A DNA stretch of 64,000 nucleotides. Source: Candidatus Eiseniibacteriota bacterium. Lineage in GTDB: Bacteria > Eisenbacteria > RBG-16-71-46. Position 1 is the first letter of the stretch, and the number at the start of each line of letters is the position of its first letter. Location of the stretch: assembly GCA_963744995.1 (NCBI GenBank), contig CAVUWA010000002.1, positions 320,001 through 384,000 of the forward strand, in the 5' to 3' direction. The notes under the pieces are model-generated. The model had not been told where the DNA came from. It worked only from the letters and a program-made list of their open reading frames with translations, and did no database searches. Made by a program: the position numbers and the translations under genes. Positions 62,301 through 64,000 of this stretch are shown piece by piece.

Positions 62301-63999
62301 CGCGGTCCAGGTTGCCCTGGATGATTGCATTGGCCAGCAGGCGCTGCTGTTCATCCGCCTGTGGAATCGCGATTTTGTCGAAGTCGACCCAGTCCGGCTG
62401 CGGGTCGAACGAGGCGGCGCCGAAGAACTGGTCGTCCGAGCGGATCGGGTCGATCTGACCGTCCCGTTTCTGCCCGGCCCACGCCGGGTTGCCCTGGCGC
62501 GTATAGACCACCGAGCGCGCGAGATCGTACGTGAACGCGATCGCCTGGCCGCCGTTGCCGCCCACGTCGCGGGACGTCACGGCCGGGTTCGCCGTGGCGG
62601 TAGTCGCATCGGAATAGAGCGTGGCGACGGCGGTCGCACCGTTCAGCGTATAGAGGTCGGCGTCGCCGTGGAACTGGATCGTCTGCCCGACGATACCGAC
62701 ACCCGGCCCCGACGTGGTGTTCACGAGCAGGTACGCGTTCGACAGCGTGCCGGCCACCGGCGTCAGCCCGAGCAGCGGCGCGAGCTGCGCGTCGGGCCGC
62801 ATCGCCACCAGCGTGCCGCCCGCACTGGTCCAGTCGCCGAGCATGGTGACCTGCGGCGCGCTGAGCGCCATCTCGCCGAGGATCACCACCTCGTAGCTGT
62901 CGATCACGGTCGGCGTCACGAGCGAGATGTCCTTCGCCGAGAACTCGTTGAAGCCCTCGGTGCGCAGGATTTCAGCCATGTAGCGGCCGAACGGATTCGT
63001 CGCCGCGCTGATCACCAGGATCGGGCCGCCCGGCCCTTCGGTGGGCGGCGGGGGCGGGGGTGCGGTGGTGGTGAACGACCACGACACGTCCGCGGCGAGC
63101 GCGTTGCCGGCCAGATCCTTGATCCGCGGGTCGGTACCGCCGCCCTTGAGCGTCGCCGTGTAGGTCGCCGAGTAGTCGAGCGCGGCCGACGGCGTCAGCG
63201 TGGCCGTGCGGGTCGCGGAGGAGTAGCTCACGGCCGCCGCGACCGGTGCGCTCAGGTCGTCCACGAGCTCGAACGTCGTCCCGTCGACCGTCGTCGCGTC
63301 GATGGCCTCGTTGAAGATCGCGGTCACGCTCGCCGTGACCGCCACGCCGCTCGCCCCCGCGGCGGGCAGCTTCGACAGCACCACAGGCGGGGTCGTGTCC
63401 GGGCCGGGGTTGTCGTCGAACACCACGTCCACCCAGTAGTTGCTGGCCTGGTAGTCGGATGTCGGGAATGTGCTCGTCGCCGCGTACGCATAGACGCCGT
63501 TTGGACCCTCCTCGCCGTCGGCGAGGATCCGGATCGGCGGCGCGTCAATCCCCGAAGCGAACGCATTCACGTCCTGCGAGTAGTGTCCGGTGTCGGTGTG
63601 ATACGAGGCGATGTAGGTGGTGTTGGCGGTGACCTGCACCGGCGCCGCGAACGGCGCCTCCTGCCAGCCGCTCGCCGACTCGCCGGAGAACGTCGTCGTG
63701 GCGATGAGCGCCCCGGCCGAGCTCCACAGGTTACCGACGTGCGTCCCGGTGTTGGCGGTGCTCTTGTAGAAGCGGATGCCGTTGATCACGCCGTCCGCGC
63801 TGGTGCGGAACTTGACGCCCAGCTCGATCGCGGCGTTGTCGGGCTCGTCCACGTTCTGCGGGACCGTGGCCGGGTCGAACACCGTGCACGGGCAGACGCG
63901 TGGATCCACCGTCACGTTCACCGGCGTGCCGGGGGTCTCCATGTTGCCGCTGTCGTCGTAGCTGCGGCTCCGGATCGTCGCGGCACCGGTCGCGCCGGG
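56326..63999 (-). CDS. Giant (>2550 aa, 5' truncated) secreted protein: DUF4082-like, Ig-like (Big_5), putative deacetylase-like domain, three ~400-aa repeats, dockerin-like, cohesin-like and FlgD-like CTD
   Basis: Frame is open to the window edge (…TIRSRSYDDSGNMETPG). DUF4082-like ELGVKF...GIRFYK...NYWVDVVF, Big_5-like DTTPP.V....P..GA.GV, then MTGDDHG...ALHV...RNH, repeats, and the same terminal cassette as 49543-53361. Confidence 0.8.
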   Translation of the reverse strand, partial: PGATGAATIRSRSYDDSGNMETPGTPVNVTVDPRVCPCTVFDPATVPQNVDEPDNAAIELGVKFRTSADGVINGIRFYKSTANTGTHVGNLWSSAGALIATTTFSGESASGWQEAPFAAPVQVTANTTYIASYHTDTGHYSQDVNAFASGIDAPPIRILADGEEGPNGVYAYAATSTFPTSDYQASNYWVDVVFDDNPGPDTTPPVVLSKLPAAGASGVAVTASVTAIFNEAIDATTVDGTTFELVDDLSAPVAAAVSYSSATRTATLTPSAALDYSATYTATLKGGGTDPRIKDLAGNALAADVSWSFTTTAPPPPPPTEGPGGPILVISAATNPFGRYMAEILRTEGFNEFSAKDISLVTPTVIDSYEVVILGEMALSAPQVTMLGDWTSAGGTLVAMRPDAQLAPLLGLTPVAGTLSNAYLLVNTTSGPGVGIVGQTIQFHGDADLYTLNGATAVATLYSDATTATANPAVTSRDVGGNGGQAIAFTYDLARSVVYTRQGNPAWAGQKRDGQIDPIRSDDQFFGAASFDPQPDWVDFDKIAIPQADEQQRLLANAIIQGNLDRAPLPRFWYLPKDFKAAIVMTGDDHGDAGMQPRFDIYINESPAGCSVDDWECVRATGYLYVGSTFTPAQAQFYNDLGFEVALHVNTNCQNFTETQYDDFITSQMAQFTSTYPSLPVPTTNRNHCIAWSDWSVTPEVEAANGIRFDTNYYYWPDVWIQDRPGMFTGSGMPMRFAKLDGTIIDCFQASTEMPDESGETFPQFCDQLLDRAIGPEGYYGVFTTNMHFDNTNHAGSNAVVASAQSRGVPVVSAKQMLDWLDGRNGSSFQNLVWNGNVLSFDVAVAAGAHNLRGMLPTLAAVGQLTGITEDGIPIAYTTETIKGIEYAIFPANTATYAASYAVDTTPPLISAVTATPHGDGTATIAWTTNEAADSRVDYGTDAGTLSSQETDAALLTSHSITLSGLAASTLYYFRVGSTDAASNAATEPDPPAAPLEFTMPAPECFLDATVADFAAGTPDANTAVTTLGDGDVILKPAATAEFDVLPPTGEWDGYPWSAGGSATVSGGQLVVDGARFNSEPEGTTYGPGTSVEFVATFTTDRLQHVGFGGGTDGNGVTAIFQNAPFALFSTGDGGVFVTRTAVGSVVDFTLPTSYLGSSHLYRIDWTATGFDYSIDGALVHTEPIVITDPMRPAASDIDVGGQAVLLDWIHVSPYAAGGSFTSRVYDAGGPANWDQMTWTADLPAGTSLQMNVRTGNTLIPDGTWTAYAPVASSGTTIGGNSRYIQYRADLATTDPGVTPVLQDAHVACTAGADVTAPVITNVVATPNGPGGATITWDTDEAADSRVDYGTDPGDLALSASDPAPTASHSTDLSGLAAATTYYYRVTSVDPSTNSATAPEPPASPLSFTTAAAPCPADVTLADFELGSTDPNTALVLDDDGEVILAPANAADFDGAALPAGWSAGAYASGGYYQLSGGQVTVDGAHVHVAAPVAPLTSVEFLATFTTGTFQNAGFAADSTFGGNPWVVIGEGNNGTGVYARNDLGQEVLLGAGLLGAPHRYGIVWTSTGFDFYVDGAYATTLVQSVGVNMVPIISDYPVGGATLSVDWFRVSPYPAAGSFTSRVFDLGGPTSWGAATWTADTPSGTGVALLFRTGDTAVPDGSWSAFNAVSNGGTVGGNSRYVQYRADLTTGDPALTPVLRDVALACTAGPDLTPPVISDVVAAPDPGGTGATVTWTTDEPADSRVDYGVSGGALSSNESDAALVTSHSIVLSGLTPGLGYDYRVTSTDGSLNAASEPVPPGVLGFSTPAQACFTDDVEADFAAGALSDTWVSVTANGEVTLAPAQGAEFSGTSLPADWTSTPWTGGTSAVAGGAVAVDGARLTPLSTTGSASGVVLEFNATFLTAANQHAGLGSGDNTATGAGMFGDIVQSWAMFSTFGGGTTLYARINNPANGAENENIAIGAFTGAPHLFRIEWKPAPDSLIFLVDGASVARRATTIALSMRPGFSDYDNDGSVLAVDWVHETPYATSGTFTSRVYDAGASVTWDAMTWTAALPVGTAISLSARTGDTAVPDGSWTAFAPVAGSGTTVGGMSRYIQYRADLSTSDPATTPVLEALSIACVTCDPTPPAAIADATADRGGSGAGGRIILQVSFTPPPTAATVEVYRAPFGGYPRYDDDGGATPATPSYPPGAPWTLTPVSASGQTDDPPVRDTWFYVVFSKSACDVVSPVSNVTAGIPNYLLGDVTDGTTACAGDGAVGTPDVSLLGSHYGETITGPEAWACLDVGPTLDGSVNGRPLTDGALQFEDLVMFALNFGVPGMPVAAAHEVRETAASDALTLDAPAHVTAGQTFEVTLRMSGAGDVQALSASLSWNAGIVTPADVRAGAMLDIQGGVLFSPGPGRMDAALLGAGRQGLAGEGDLAVWTFRATADGDPAIALGRVDARDAANRPVTFGAPRPQPDLPAVTAFDRVSPNPFTATTSMAFSLASRSRVNLTIYAVDGRRVRTLARGVYPAGTHQVVWNGTADSGERVRPGLYFARLETAAGTFTRSIALMR
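57630..61290 (-). repeat. Three tandem ~400-aa intragenic repeats (~61290-60065, ~60060-58875, ~58870-57630)
   Basis: Each has D.T(P/A)P.I..V.A.P...AT..W.T.E.ADSRVDYG...Y..RV.S.D...N.A..P, then G.FTSRV.D.G...W...TWTA..P.GT...RTG.T..PDG.W...GG.SRY.QYRADL.T.DP..TPVL. Confidence 0.85.
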
Positions 64000-64000
64000 C

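Overview
High-GC (roughly 70% by eye), densely coding bacterial DNA. The many secreted proteins ending in FlgD-like/T9SS-type C-terminal domains (CTDs), a PorV-like barrel and a 'SWGxxKxxYR' tail suggest a non-Bacteroidota FCB-group lineage such as Candidatus Eisenbacteria (inference). Contents in order: (1) 1-19.9 kb, a probable beta-1,2-glucan utilisation locus: TonB-dependent receptor, 1095-aa CTD protein, PorV-like barrel, two GH144-type glucanases, GH94 phosphorylase, ABC transporter lacking an ATPase, discoidin/(alpha/alpha)6 protein and GH1. No SusD is seen in the window. (2) YbaK and two CTD-bearing secreted proteins. (3) A three-subunit xanthine-dehydrogenase-family enzyme with unusual basic extensions, then housekeeping-type genes and a methylmalonate-semialdehyde dehydrogenase. 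(4) An ECF sigma/CBM48 operon with a matching pair of back-to-back ECF-like promoters. (5) A kinase/phosphoesterase/lipoprotein block bracketed by an exact 18-bp direct repeat, then a beta-ureidopropionase-like nitrilase. (6) 49.5-64 kb, an operon of four secreted proteins built from cohesin-like, dockerin-like, lamin-tail and FlgD-like modules, the best candidate for an undescribed extracellular assembly system. I found no rRNA, tRNA, CRISPR array, integrase or transposase. All family calls come from motif recognition by eye, not database searches.
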